DNA of 64,000 nucleotides from an uncultured Bacilli bacterium (GTDB lineage: Bacteria; Bacillota_I; Bacilli_A; RFN20; CAG-826): the NCBI GenBank assembly GCA_944368975.1, contig CALVXI010000002.1:111110-175109 (forward strand), read 5' to 3'. The notes beneath the pieces were generated by a model. The model was not told the origin of the DNA, ran no database searches, and was given only the letters and a program-made list of their open reading frames with translations. The translations under genes and the position numbers were made by a program. Shown piece by piece: positions 37,299-47,305 of this stretch. Within the stretch, counting starts at the first letter, position 1. Each line of letters starts with the position of its first letter.

Positions 37299-37367
37299 AA
37301 TCGAACTCACACAGGTTGCCCTATACGCCCCTCAAACGTACGCGTCTACCAGTTCCGCCATTCTCGC
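37283..37367 (-). tRNA. tRNA-Leu (anticodon GAG), type II with long variable arm, CCA encoded
   Basis: Hand fold: acceptor GCGAGAA/TTCTCGC, anticodon loop TT-GAG-GG, T-loop TTCGATT. Confidence 0.9.
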
Positions 37368-37376
37368 GCGTTTATG

Positions 37377-37386
37377 ATTATAGCAA
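37377..37386 (-). promoter_or_regulatory. Extended -10 TTGCTATAAT for tRNA-Leu
   Basis: The 10-mer ends 9 nt upstream of the mature tRNA 5' end. Confidence 0.55.
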
Positions 37387-37454
37387 TATTTTAATTAAAA
37401 TAAAATAAGTTTTTTATTTTTTATAGTGCTAAAATATTAAAGGAGGTTTTTTAA

Positions 37455-38033
37455 ATGGAAAAAATTTTAATTGAAACTAGTGCAAGACACGTTCATGTTA
37501 CTAAAGAAGCTTTAGCTGCTTTATTTGGAGAAGATTATAAATTAGAAATTAAGAAAATGCTTTCTCAACCTGGACAATTTGCTAGTAATACTAAATTAAA
37601 TATAATTGGACCAAAATCAACAATTAAAAATGTTTCTATTCTTGGCCCTGAAAGAGGTGCTTGCCAAGTTGAAGTGAGCGCTACTGATGCTCGTACTTTA
37701 GGCGTTAAAGCACCTATTAGAGAATCTGGAGATACTAAAGGAAGTGCTCCAATTATTTTAGAAAATCCAGAAACAGGGGTTCGCCTTGAACTTGAAGAAG
37801 GATGTATTATTGCAAAAAGACATATTCATATGACTCCTGAAGATGCTAAAAATTTTAATGTAACTAACGGACAAATTGTTAGCGTTAAAGTAACTGGAAC
37901 CGGAAGAGAGATAGTTTTTGGTGATACTGTTATTAGAGTTAGTGAAAAATATAAATTAGCAATGCATATTGATACTGACGAATCCAATGCTGGAAATTGC
38001 TTTGGTGAAGTCTATGGAGAAATTATTTATTAA
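37455..38033 (+). CDS. pduL: Phosphate propanoyl/acetyl-transferase PduL
   Basis: Duplicated motifs SARHVHV and KRHIHMTPEDA. RBS AAGGAGG. Confidence 0.85.
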   Translation: MEKILIETSARHVHVTKEALAALFGEDYKLEIKKMLSQPGQFASNTKLNIIGPKSTIKNVSILGPERGACQVEVSATDARTLGVKAPIRESGDTKGSAPIILENPETGVRLELEEGCIIAKRHIHMTPEDAKNFNVTNGQIVSVKVTGTGREIVFGDTVIRVSEKYKLAMHIDTDESNAGNCFGEVYGEIIY

Positions 38034-38299
38034 TGTTAAAAACATATATTCATCAAAATAAAGGAACATGCTCTACTCAAGTTTCTATAACATATGATGA
38101 TGAAACGCATATAATACATGATATTAATTTTAAATATGGATGTGATGGTAATACAAAAGGTGTTTCTAAATTGTGCGTAAATAGAAAACTTGAGGATGTT
38201 TATAACGTATTAAATGGAATAGATTGCCGTAATCGTGGAACGAGTTGTCCTAATGAATTAGCAAAAGGTATCAAAGATATACTAGAAAATAAAAATTAA
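38033..38299 (+). CDS. Small TSCPD-domain protein (TIGR03905-like)
   Basis: GTSCPNELAKGI motif. TAATG overlap with pduL. Confidence 0.7.
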   Translation: MLKTYIHQNKGTCSTQVSITYDDETHIIHDINFKYGCDGNTKGVSKLCVNRKLEDVYNVLNGIDCRNRGTSCPNELAKGIKDILENKN

Positions 38300-38340
38300 A
38301 TTTATTGATATCTTTTTAACAAATGATTAATATATTTATG

Positions 38341-38489
38341 CTTATCAAGAATTACGTAATATAGGTGAAAAAACGTAATAGCAACTCTATATGATAGTAA
38401 GTGCTTCCTATAGCAAAGTTTCCACACTTTGAGCGATAAGTATGGGTGAAAATTAAAGTCTTCCATAAATGTGGAAGACTTTTTGTTTT
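38341..38489 (+). ncRNA. SAM-I (S-box)-like riboswitch leader with terminator, upstream of metK
   Basis: P1 CTTATCA...GATAAG, P2 TTACG...CGTAA, AGCAAC...GTGCTTCC core-like elements. Terminator AGTCTTCCA/TGGAAGACT plus T-run at 38457-38489. Confidence 0.55.
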
Positions 38490-38501
38490 AGGAGCAAGAT
38501 T

Positions 38502-39668
38502 ATGAAAAATAAGATTTTATTTACTAGTGAATCAGTTAGTGAAGGACATCCAGATAAAGTTTGTGATCAAATAAGCGATGCTATTTTGGAGGAAGTTTTA
38601 AAACAAGATCCAAATAGTTTTGTAGCTTGTGAATGTTATGCAACAACTAATACTTTAGTAATAGGTGGAGAAATAACAACAAAAGCAAATGTTAATTATG
38701 AAAAAATAGCAAGAGAAGTAATTAAAGATATAGGTTATGATAAAGATGAATATGGTTTTAACTATAAAAATGTAAAAATTTATAATTTTGTTAAGCAACA
38801 ATCTCCAGATATTAGACAAGGTGTTCTAAGAAGTTCAAGTGAAGATCAGGGGGCAGGTGACCAAGGCATTATGTTTGGCTATGCTAGTGATGAAACTGAA
38901 GGTTATATGCCTTTAGCTATTACTTTAGCGCATAAACTAGTAAGAAAAGCTACTAGACTTAGAAAAGAGGGGAAACTTAAATATGCTCGCCCTGATATGA
39001 AAAGCCAAGTTACGATAGACTATACTGAAACTAAACCAAGAATCGACACTATTTTAATGAGTGTACAACATGATAAAGATGTTGACTTTGAGAAGTTTAG
39101 ACACGATATTTTTGAATTAGTTATGAAACCAGTAGCTAAATCTTTTAATATGAATACTGACTTTAAAGTTTTAATTAATCCAACTGGAAGATTTGAAATC
39201 GGTGGTCCTATGGGGGATACAGGATTAACAGGACGAAAAATCATTGTCGACACATATGGAGGAAGTGCACGTCATGGTGGTGGTGCTTTTAGCGGGAAAG
39301 ATCCATCTAAAGTTGATAGAAGTGCTGCTTATATGGCAAGATATATTGCTAAAAATTTAGTTGCTGCAGGAGTAGCTAAGCGAATTGAGATTCAATTAAG
39401 CTACGCTATTGGTGAAGCTAATCCTCAATCAATTTCTATTTCAACTTTTAAAACATCAAAATACGATGATGATACAATTTTAGATATTATAAATAAATTA
39501 TTTGATTGTAGACCTGGAAAAATTATTGAACTCTTTAATTTAAAAAATCCTTCATTTTCATATAAAAAGCTTGCAAATTACGGACATTTTGGAAGACCTG
39601 ATTTAGATTTGCCTTGGGAAAAACTTGATAAAGTTGAAAAAATTAAGGATTTATTATTAACTAAATAA
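38502..39668 (+). CDS. metK: S-adenosylmethionine synthetase
   Basis: FTSESVSEGHPDK, GAGDQG, GGGAFSGKD. Start moved to the ATG at 38502 (RBS AGGAG), because the track's extension overlaps the leader terminator. Confidence 0.95.
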   Translation: MKNKILFTSESVSEGHPDKVCDQISDAILEEVLKQDPNSFVACECYATTNTLVIGGEITTKANVNYEKIAREVIKDIGYDKDEYGFNYKNVKIYNFVKQQSPDIRQGVLRSSSEDQGAGDQGIMFGYASDETEGYMPLAITLAHKLVRKATRLRKEGKLKYARPDMKSQVTIDYTETKPRIDTILMSVQHDKDVDFEKFRHDIFELVMKPVAKSFNMNTDFKVLINPTGRFEIGGPMGDTGLTGRKIIVDTYGGSARHGGGAFSGKDPSKVDRSAAYMARYIAKNLVAAGVAKRIEIQLSYAIGEANPQSISISTFKTSKYDDDTILDIINKLFDCRPGKIIELFNLKNPSFSYKKLANYGHFGRPDLDLPWEKLDKVEKIKDLLLTK

Positions 39669-39795
39669 TTACTAGAAAAGGACTAATAATACACTTATGA
39701 AAGATAAATTTTCAATTTAATGTTTTTTTCTATTTAATTTTTTAGTTTCATATTATAATTAAATTAGAAAAAGAAATATGAAAGGAGTTCCAAAC

Positions 39796-40350
39796 ATGGA
39801 ATATCAAATTATAGGAAAAAATATTAAAGTCACAGAGGGTATTTCTGAGGCTATTCAAAAGAAACTTTCAAAATTAGATAAGTATTTTGACGAACACGAT
39901 GAAGTTAATTGCCGTGCTGTAGTTAGAAGCTATAAAACTGGAGCAAAAGTCGAAATAACAATCTTTACAAAAAACATTACATTAAGAAGCGAAGTTATCG
40001 ATTCTGATTTATATGCTGCAATCGATATTTCTGTCGATAAACTAGTTGGTCAAATGCGTAAATTAAAAACCAGAATGAAGAAAAAACATGAAAGAGATGG
40101 TTTAGGAAAATCTATTTTATTTGATCAACTTGAAGATATTAAAGAGGAAGTGGAAAATAGCCAAGTTGTTAAAACAAAACAATATGCTTTAACACCTATG
40201 TCTTTAGAAGAAGCAATTACAAGGATGGAAGCTTTAGGACATGCATTCTTCCTTTATTTAGATAGCGAAGATGAAAAAATAAGCGTCGTTTATAAGCGAA
40301 ATGAAGGAGGCTATGGTTTAATTCAAGCTGAAAATAAAGTTGAGTTTTAA
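39796..40350 (+). CDS. hpf: Ribosome hibernation promoting factor (long form)
   Basis: MEYQIIGKNIKVTEG...KLDKYF and a C-terminal dimerisation domain. ATG at 39796 follows RBS AAAGGAG. Confidence 0.88.
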   Translation: MEYQIIGKNIKVTEGISEAIQKKLSKLDKYFDEHDEVNCRAVVRSYKTGAKVEITIFTKNITLRSEVIDSDLYAAIDISVDKLVGQMRKLKTRMKKKHERDGLGKSILFDQLEDIKEEVENSQVVKTKQYALTPMSLEEAITRMEALGHAFFLYLDSEDEKISVVYKRNEGGYGLIQAENKVEF

Positions 40351-40360
40351 TTAGAAATTA

Positions 40361-41191
40361 ATGAAATTATTAGCGACAGATCTTGACGGAACACTTTTTT
40401 ATCCAAAAGATAAAAAGAATATGATTTGTGAAGAAAATCTTAAATTAGTTCGTGATTTTATTGACGATGGAAATAAAGTGATACTCGTTTCAGGAAGATC
40501 TTTAGATTATTGCGAAATTGTCAAAAAGAAGATTAATCGTGAGTGTGATTTGATTTGTTTTAATGGTGCTCTTGTTAAAGACTCAAAAGAAATAATTAAT
40601 TCACAAAAGATTAAAAATGATGACGCAATAAAATTGATTAAGTCTATAATGACTTCTTACAAATTACCTGGTGTTTTCATAATGACAAGCCATGGAGTAT
40701 TTATAGATTTACACTATAAAACAAAAATACTTAATATTTTAGGAAAAGCTTACTATAAAACTCAAAAAAATTACGCTGAAAAATATCATTTTAAACATGA
40801 AGAATTTATTAATGAACTAAAAACTGGCGATATTTATAAAATAATGTTTTTCTTCGGTGTAAGGATGAAAAGACAACATTTAGCAAGCGAAGTTAATAAA
40901 TTTTTAAGAAATGTTTTGTTTGATTATGAAGCAAATTGGTCTAACAACGTAATTGAAATTACAGCAAAAAATTGTTATAAGGCTTATGCATTAGAACAAT
41001 ATGTTTCTAAATATAATATAAATCGTAAAAATGTTTATGTAGTTGGAGATAGTGGAAACGATATTTCTATGTTTAATGCTTTCCATGAAAATAGCTTTTG
41101 CTTAAGTCATGCAAATCCAATTGTTTCAAAATATGCTAAGCATATTATTAATAAATTTTGCGATTTATCTTTATATATTTTAGAAAAATAG
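40361..41191 (+). CDS. Cof-type HAD-IIB phosphatase
   Basis: LLATDLDGTLF and GDSGNDISMF motifs. Confidence 0.8.
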   Translation: MKLLATDLDGTLFYPKDKKNMICEENLKLVRDFIDDGNKVILVSGRSLDYCEIVKKKINRECDLICFNGALVKDSKEIINSQKIKNDDAIKLIKSIMTSYKLPGVFIMTSHGVFIDLHYKTKILNILGKAYYKTQKNYAEKYHFKHEEFINELKTGDIYKIMFFFGVRMKRQHLASEVNKFLRNVLFDYEANWSNNVIEITAKNCYKAYALEQYVSKYNINRKNVYVVGDSGNDISMFNAFHENSFCLSHANPIVSKYAKHIINKFCDLSLYILEK

Positions 41192-41229
41192 TAAAATAAA
41201 TAAGGTACAATTCAAAGAGAGGGTTAAAA

Positions 41230-42081
41230 ATGGAAATTATTGATCGTATTATTGTCTCACTTATTCACTATAACGCTCAAGTAAGAGATACACTTGAATA
41301 TACGTTAAATCGTGAACAATTTGATTCAAAAATTTATGAGGAAAGAAAAAGAATTTTAAAAACAGAATTAGAAGTTAATAGTCCATTAAAGATTTTCTTA
41401 GATAAACAAGGGGAAAATGGTGAAAAGACAATTGCTTCAATTAATGAATTTATTGAAGACTTTTATAGTGATTCCTCAACTATAATTAAAAATGCAAATG
41501 ATGGAATTAGAATCGATCATGCACAAAATATTAAAATTTTAGAAAGTGTTGTGAAATTACATGAAAATTTAAATAGTATCGTAAGATTACATGCAAACTA
41601 TGCTCGTCAACACAATATTAAACATGAAATTGTTGATAATTTAACAACTCAAAACGAGAGATTTTATCGTGCAGTTGCTTTCCTTTCATTAAGCAATGAA
41701 TTATTTAAACAATTTAGTGATTTTAATCAAGTTATGAGAGAATCTAAAGGTGAAAGAACACCTCAATCTAATTTTATTGAAAATGATTTAAGAACACTTC
41801 AACAATTATTTACTGTAGTTAAAAATAATGCTATTTGTAACGATAGCGTTTATACCGATGCATGTGATGCATTAATGTTTACTATAGAAATGATGAATGG
41901 TAAGCGTCAATTACCTGCTGGAAAGAATTTTGGTGAAGTTTTTGCAGAAACAAGTCGTAAGATTGCTGATTTTGTTAGAGACTCCGAAGGAAAATGGAAA
42001 GAATTTTATGTTCCAGCAATCAATGAATTAAGAGAAGACGCTAAAAAACAACAAGAAGCTCAAGCAGGAACTAATGCATAA
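41230..42081 (+). CDS. Hypothetical helical protein
   Basis: 283-aa ORF with RBS GAGAGGG. No motif recognised. Confidence 0.6.
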   Translation: MEIIDRIIVSLIHYNAQVRDTLEYTLNREQFDSKIYEERKRILKTELEVNSPLKIFLDKQGENGEKTIASINEFIEDFYSDSSTIIKNANDGIRIDHAQNIKILESVVKLHENLNSIVRLHANYARQHNIKHEIVDNLTTQNERFYRAVAFLSLSNELFKQFSDFNQVMRESKGERTPQSNFIENDLRTLQQLFTVVKNNAICNDSVYTDACDALMFTIEMMNGKRQLPAGKNFGEVFAETSRKIADFVRDSEGKWKEFYVPAINELREDAKKQQEAQAGTNA

Positions 42082-42089
42082 TTTTAAAT

Positions 42090-42497
42090 ATGGCAAAAAA
42101 CAATAAGAAAGAAGTTTTAATATTTAAGCAATTTAATGTAAAGCAATTTATAGCACTCATTTTTGGAATATTGTTCTTTGGAACTGGTATCGCTTTATTA
42201 ATCTTATATCATTTAGAAGCTTACGCTCCAAGTCGTAGTGCTTTAAAAGAAGCTTTGAGTGCTGCTTTAACAACATTCAATACTGGAACCCATACGAATT
42301 TAGGATTTCTTGGCTGGGGTATAATTGTATTACTTATTGGAGCAATAATTATTGCTTTAAGTTTATCTTTTGCTAGTAAACTTCAAGATCGAGAAAAAGA
42401 AAGAGAAGCTCGAAGAGAAATTAGAAGGAAGGCTTTAAAAGAGGCTACTGCTGAAGATACAATAGATAGTGTAATAGATACAATTAATGAAAATTAA
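42090..42497 (+). CDS. Small membrane protein with charged C-terminal tail
   Basis: Two TM helices, then EKEREARREIRRK. Confidence 0.6.
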   Translation: MAKNNKKEVLIFKQFNVKQFIALIFGILFFGTGIALLILYHLEAYAPSRSALKEALSAALTTFNTGTHTNLGFLGWGIIVLLIGAIIIALSLSFASKLQDREKEREARREIRRKALKEATAEDTIDSVIDTINEN

Positions 42498-42527
42498 AAA
42501 AGAATGCACTTAATTGTGCATTCTTTT
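42496..42527. terminator. Bidirectional intrinsic terminator
   Basis: Stem AGAATGCAC/GTGCATTCT flanked by A5 and T4. Confidence 0.75.
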
Positions 42528-42541
42528 AATATTAATTAATA

Positions 42542-42632
42542 TGGCGGAGAAAGAGGGATTTGAACCCTCGCGCCCTGTTACAAGCCTATGAGCTTTCCAA
42601 GCCCACCCCTTCAGCCACTTGGGTATTTCTCC
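42542..42632 (-). tRNA. tRNA-Ser (anticodon GGA), type II, CCA encoded
   Basis: Acceptor GGAGAAA/TTTCTCC, anticodon loop TT-GGA-AA, long variable arm, T-loop TTCAAAT. Confidence 0.9.
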
Positions 42633-42642
42633 GTGCTTATAG

Positions 42643-42652
42643 ATTATAGCAA
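42643..42652 (-). promoter_or_regulatory. Extended -10 TTGCTATAAT for tRNA-Ser
   Basis: The 10-mer ends 10 nt upstream of the mature tRNA 5' end. Confidence 0.55.
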
Positions 42653-42679
42653 TTTTTAAATATTTAGTCATTAAAAAAT

Positions 42680-43666
42680 ATGAAAGAAATTAATATAAAG
42701 AAAACAAATTCAAATCAAAGAGTTGATAAATTTATTAGAAAATATCTTAATGATGCTCCTTTGAGCTTTATTTATAAATGCTTTCGAAAAAAAGATATAA
42801 AAGTTAATAATCATTGGGTAAAGCAAGACTATATTCTTAAAGAAGGCGACAACTTAAAGATATACATAAGTGATGAACAAATTGAGGAATTTAATAAACC
42901 AAAAAAAGTTATTAAAGTTGATCCTAAGTTAGATATAGTTTATGAAGATAAAAATATATTAATTATTAATAAACCAAGTGGATTATTAGTTCATGGTGAT
43001 GAAAATGAAAAAAGAATAACTTTATCGAATAAAGTTCAAAATTATTTGTATTCAAAAGATGAATTTGATCCTAATGGCATTGATTTTATACCTAGTCCAT
43101 GCCACCGATTAGATAGAAACACTTCTGGTTTAATTATTTATGCTAAAAATTTAAATACATTTCAGACTATAACTGAATTATTAAAAGAGCATAAAGAAAT
43201 TACTAAAACTTATTTAGCATTAGTTAAAGGGAAAATTGATAAAAGTGGTGAAATAAATTTACCTTTAAGAAAAGACGAAAAAAAGGGTTTAGTCTATGTC
43301 GATAAAAATTCACAATATAGTAAAGAAGCTTTAACTATTTATGAGCCATTAATTTATGATGATAATTATACTTTAGTTAAAATAACATTAATTACTGGAA
43401 GAACTCATCAAATTAGAGCACATTTTGCTTATATTAATCATCCGTTGATTGGTGATAGTAAATATGGTGACTTTAAAATTAATGCTGAATTTAAAAAGAT
43501 TTATAATTATGATTCTCAATTTTTAATAGCTTATAAATTAAAATTTAATCGATTGGATGGTATTTTATCTTATTTATCGAATAAAGAATTTATAGCAAAA
43601 ATTCCTAATAAAGAGGAAAAAATTATTAATAATTTATATATTAAATTTGATTTAAATAAGATATAA
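42680..43666 (+). CDS. RluA-family 23S rRNA pseudouridine synthase (RluD-like, N-terminal S4 domain)
   Basis: HRLDRNTSGLIIYAK catalytic Asp motif and GRTHQIRAH. Confidence 0.85.
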   Translation: MKEINIKKTNSNQRVDKFIRKYLNDAPLSFIYKCFRKKDIKVNNHWVKQDYILKEGDNLKIYISDEQIEEFNKPKKVIKVDPKLDIVYEDKNILIINKPSGLLVHGDENEKRITLSNKVQNYLYSKDEFDPNGIDFIPSPCHRLDRNTSGLIIYAKNLNTFQTITELLKEHKEITKTYLALVKGKIDKSGEINLPLRKDEKKGLVYVDKNSQYSKEALTIYEPLIYDDNYTLVKITLITGRTHQIRAHFAYINHPLIGDSKYGDFKINAEFKKIYNYDSQFLIAYKLKFNRLDGILSYLSNKEFIAKIPNKEEKIINNLYIKFDLNKI

Positions 43667-43691
43667 TTTTAAACTCGAGGAGGGGTTAGGT

Positions 43692-45404
43692 ATGGAGAGT
43701 AAAACACTTGAAAACTATAATCGTTGGTTAAACAGTCCTTTAGTTAGCGAAAATGATAAAGCTATATTAAGATCAATGAATCAAGAAGAAATTGATGATG
43801 CTTTTTATAAAGATATAGAATTTGGTACTGCTGGAATGAGAGGAATTATCGGTCCAGGTACAAATAGAATGAATATTTTTACAATTAAGAAAGCCTGTAT
43901 TGGATATGCTCGTTTTTTACTTTCTAAATATACTGATGCAAGAGTAAGAGGTGTTGCTATTTCTCATGATAATCGACATATGTCACGAGAATTTGCAATA
44001 GAATGTGCAAATATTATTAATGATATGGGAATTAATACCTATTTATTTGATAGTTTACGTCCAACTCCTGAATTATCTTATGCAATTAGATATAAAAATT
44101 GCTGTGGCGGTATCATGATAACTGCAAGTCACAACCCTAAAGAATATAACGGCTTCAAAGTTTATGATAGCTATGGTTGTCAATTGACTCCTAATAAAAT
44201 TACTCCTTTGCTAGAAATTATTTCTAAATTACCAGATGAATTATCAGTTAAAGTAGTTGGAGTTACTGAAAAAGGAATTAATCAAATCTTTGGACCTGAT
44301 GTTGATGATACTTATGTCGCATTAGTAGAAACCGTTCAATTAAACCCTAATTTAGATAAATCTAATTTTAAAATCGTTTATACTCCAAATCATGGAGCTA
44401 GTTTTATAAATGCCATGAGAGTTTTTAAAGATTGTGGTTATAATGTCACACCAGTATTAAGTCAATGTGATCCAGATCCTGATTTTAAAGGTACATTATC
44501 TCCTAATCCTGAAGACCCACGTAGTTATATTGAAGCTATAAAGCTTGCTAAAGAAATAGATGCTGATTTAATTTGTATGACCGACCCTGATGGTGACCGT
44601 GTTGGATTAGCATGTAAAAATAAAAAAGGCGAATATGTATTATTAACTGGAAATGAGTCAGCAGCAATTTTACTTGATTATATTCTTAGTGAAAGAAAGA
44701 AAAAAGGATTTTTAAGTAGTAATGGTGTAATGTATAACACCGTTGTCACTAGTGGTATTGGTAAATTAATTGCTGAAAATTATGGAGTTAAAACTGAATC
44801 ATTTTTAACCGGTTTTAAATATATTGGAGATCGCATTCAATATTATGAAGAACATGGTGGACCTCATTTTGAATTTGGCTATGAAGAAAGTTATGGATGT
44901 TTAATTAAGCCATTTGTTCGTGATAAAGATGGTATTCAAGCAATTTTATTATATTGTGAAATGGCTCTTTTTTATAAGAAACTTAATATCACTTTAGATG
45001 AAGCTTATTCAAATTTAGGTCGAAGATTTGGTTATCATAAGTGTAAACAGTTTAATATTCACTTTGAAGGAAGCAGTGGAAATGAAAAAATGAAGAAAAT
45101 CATGGAACACTTAAACGATTATCCATTTTTAGAATTATTAGGTAATAAAGTTAAAATCATTGAAAACTATTTTAATTTAACTAGAACTGATTTAGATCGT
45201 AATTATGTTGAAAATATAACTGGTTTACCAGTTGGAGATTTAATTAAATTTTATTTTGAAGATGGAACAAATATTTCAATAAGACCAAGTGGAACTGAAC
45301 CTAAATGCAAATTTTATATTGAAGTAGTAGGAAATAACGAAGAAGAAGTTAATGCTCTACCTGAAAAATATTATGAAGCGTTAGTTAAAAATCAAGATTT
45401 GTAA
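43692..45404 (+). CDS. Phosphoglucomutase/phosphomannomutase family protein
   Basis: ITASHNPKEYNGFKV active-site Ser loop, DPDGDR metal loop, GYEESYG. Confidence 0.88.
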   Translation: MESKTLENYNRWLNSPLVSENDKAILRSMNQEEIDDAFYKDIEFGTAGMRGIIGPGTNRMNIFTIKKACIGYARFLLSKYTDARVRGVAISHDNRHMSREFAIECANIINDMGINTYLFDSLRPTPELSYAIRYKNCCGGIMITASHNPKEYNGFKVYDSYGCQLTPNKITPLLEIISKLPDELSVKVVGVTEKGINQIFGPDVDDTYVALVETVQLNPNLDKSNFKIVYTPNHGASFINAMRVFKDCGYNVTPVLSQCDPDPDFKGTLSPNPEDPRSYIEAIKLAKEIDADLICMTDPDGDRVGLACKNKKGEYVLLTGNESAAILLDYILSERKKKGFLSSNGVMYNTVVTSGIGKLIAENYGVKTESFLTGFKYIGDRIQYYEEHGGPHFEFGYEESYGCLIKPFVRDKDGIQAILLYCEMALFYKKLNITLDEAYSNLGRRFGYHKCKQFNIHFEGSSGNEKMKKIMEHLNDYPFLELLGNKVKIIENYFNLTRTDLDRNYVENITGLPVGDLIKFYFEDGTNISIRPSGTEPKCKFYIEVVGNNEEEVNALPEKYYEALVKNQDL

Positions 45405-45410
45405 AATAAA

Positions 45411-46232
45411 TTAGAGTTTATTATTTATAAAATCATCAAGAGAAGAGATAACACCATCATGGTTGTTATCTTTTTTTGTAATATATTTTGCAATAGTTTT
45501 AAGATAGTCTTGTCCATTAATCATACAAAATGAATTTTGAAATTCACTTAATAGTTCAATATCATTATCAGCATCACCAAAAACAACTACATTTTCTTCA
45601 AAAACCCCGCAAATCTTAGCTATTTCTTTTAAAGTAGAAGCTTTAGAAACACTATCTATATAGACTTCTCCAATATTTGAATTGCTCCAGAAACGGATGT
45701 TGTAATTTGGAATTGTATCAAAATATTTTTTAATTAATTCTTTATTTTGTAAAAGAGGCTCTTTAATGACAATGCACATTATATAAACATCTTCATTAAT
45801 TATTTCCTCAATATTTCCTTTAATAATATTCATACCAACAGGAGAAAAAAACCAATTTAGGATTTCATTTTCTTTATCAAAATAAATATTTTTATCGCTT
45901 TCTAAAGATACACATTCTATGATTTGGTTACATTTTAAATAATGATAAATTTTTTTAACAATTTCTTTATTAAGTTGAATTTTTATAGTCTTATTATTGC
46001 TTGGTATATAAGCAAAAGCGCCATTATAACATATATATGGACTATTTATTTCTAAGTAATTGCAAAAATTTATAACACTTCGTGGAGCACGTCCACTATT
46101 AATAATTGGAAAATTACCTTTTTTCTCAAAATCCAAAAGGTAATTTTTAGTTTCTATAGAGATAGTCTTATCATCTTTTAATAATGTTCCATCTAAATCC
46201 AAACTTGCAATAATTTTTTTATTCATGGACAT
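45411..46232 (-). CDS. Cof-type HAD-IIB phosphatase
   Basis: IASLDLDGTLL and GDADNDIELL motifs. Confidence 0.8.
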   Translation of the reverse strand: MSMNKKIIASLDLDGTLLKDDKTISIETKNYLLDFEKKGNFPIINSGRAPRSVINFCNYLEINSPYICYNGAFAYIPSNNKTIKIQLNKEIVKKIYHYLKCNQIIECVSLESDKNIYFDKENEILNWFFSPVGMNIIKGNIEEIINEDVYIMCIVIKEPLLQNKELIKKYFDTIPNYNIRFWSNSNIGEVYIDSVSKASTLKEIAKICGVFEENVVVFGDADNDIELLSEFQNSFCMINGQDYLKTIAKYITKKDNNHDGVISSLDDFINNKL

Positions 46233-47214
46233 ATAATCCGACAGTCTTTTTAACTTTTATTAAAGTTTTATGAGCAATTTTTTTAGCTCTTATTGCTCCT
46301 TTTTCCAAAACTTCATTTATATATTTTCGATTAGAAATTATTTCTTTATAACGAGTTTGAAATGGACCTAATTCATCTAAAACTGCATTAGCAACCATTT
46401 TCTTAAATTCACCATATTGATGTAAATTACTAAATTCTTGAACACTTTCTTCGATTGTTTTATTTTTTAAAGCACTATAAATTGTTAATAAATTGGAGAT
46501 TCCAGGCTTATTTTCTTTATCAAATAAAATTTCATTTCCAGTATCAGTAACAGCTGACATAATTTTCTTTCTTATTATATTCAAGTCATCTTTAAGAAAG
46601 ATGTCTCCTTTTGGATCACTTTTAGACATTTTTTTTGTAGGATCGCTTAATGACATAATTCTAGCGCCAACTTTAGGGATAACTGGTTCAGGCATTTTAA
46701 AAATTTCTTTACCATATCGTGTATTAAAGCGATGTACTAAGTTACGACATAATTCAACATGTTGTTTTTGATCTTCACCAACAGGAACAATGTCTGCGTT
46801 ATATAAAATTATATCTGCGCACATTAAAGCTGGATAAGCAAATAATCCTAATCCTATTGCTGAATCATTTAATTTTCGAGATTTATCTTTAAATTGAGTC
46901 ATTCTTGATAATTCACCCATATAAAGATAATTTTGAATTATTGAATTAAGTTCACTATGTTCACTAACATCACTTTGTAAGAAAATAGTGGTTTTTTCAG
47001 GATCTAATCCAGCAGCTAAATAAAAAGCAACTATATCAAGAGTATTAGTTTTTAACTCAATTGGATCAATTGGTAATGTTAAAGCATGAAGGTCAGCAAT
47101 AAAAATGAAATTTTCATAATCTTCCTGCATAGCCTTAAAATTTCTTAATGCCCCAATATAATTTCCTAATGTTAATTTACCTGTTGGCTTAATGCCACTT
47201 AATGAAATCGCCAT
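46219..47214 (-). CDS. trpS: Tryptophanyl-tRNA synthetase
   Basis: SGIKPTGKLTLGNYIGA, GEDQKQH, KMSKS. Confidence 0.95.
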   Translation of the reverse strand: MAISLSGIKPTGKLTLGNYIGALRNFKAMQEDYENFIFIADLHALTLPIDPIELKTNTLDIVAFYLAAGLDPEKTTIFLQSDVSEHSELNSIIQNYLYMGELSRMTQFKDKSRKLNDSAIGLGLFAYPALMCADIILYNADIVPVGEDQKQHVELCRNLVHRFNTRYGKEIFKMPEPVIPKVGARIMSLSDPTKKMSKSDPKGDIFLKDDLNIIRKKIMSAVTDTGNEILFDKENKPGISNLLTIYSALKNKTIEESVQEFSNLHQYGEFKKMVANAVLDELGPFQTRYKEIISNRKYINEVLEKGAIRAKKIAHKTLIKVKKTVGLYVHE

Positions 47215-47305
47215 GGAAAAACTATAGCAAATTTATGCGGCTAAATCAATAATATGACTTATAAGTTTACTTATTATTTGCTAATATATTGAAGAGGTAA
47301 AAGTA

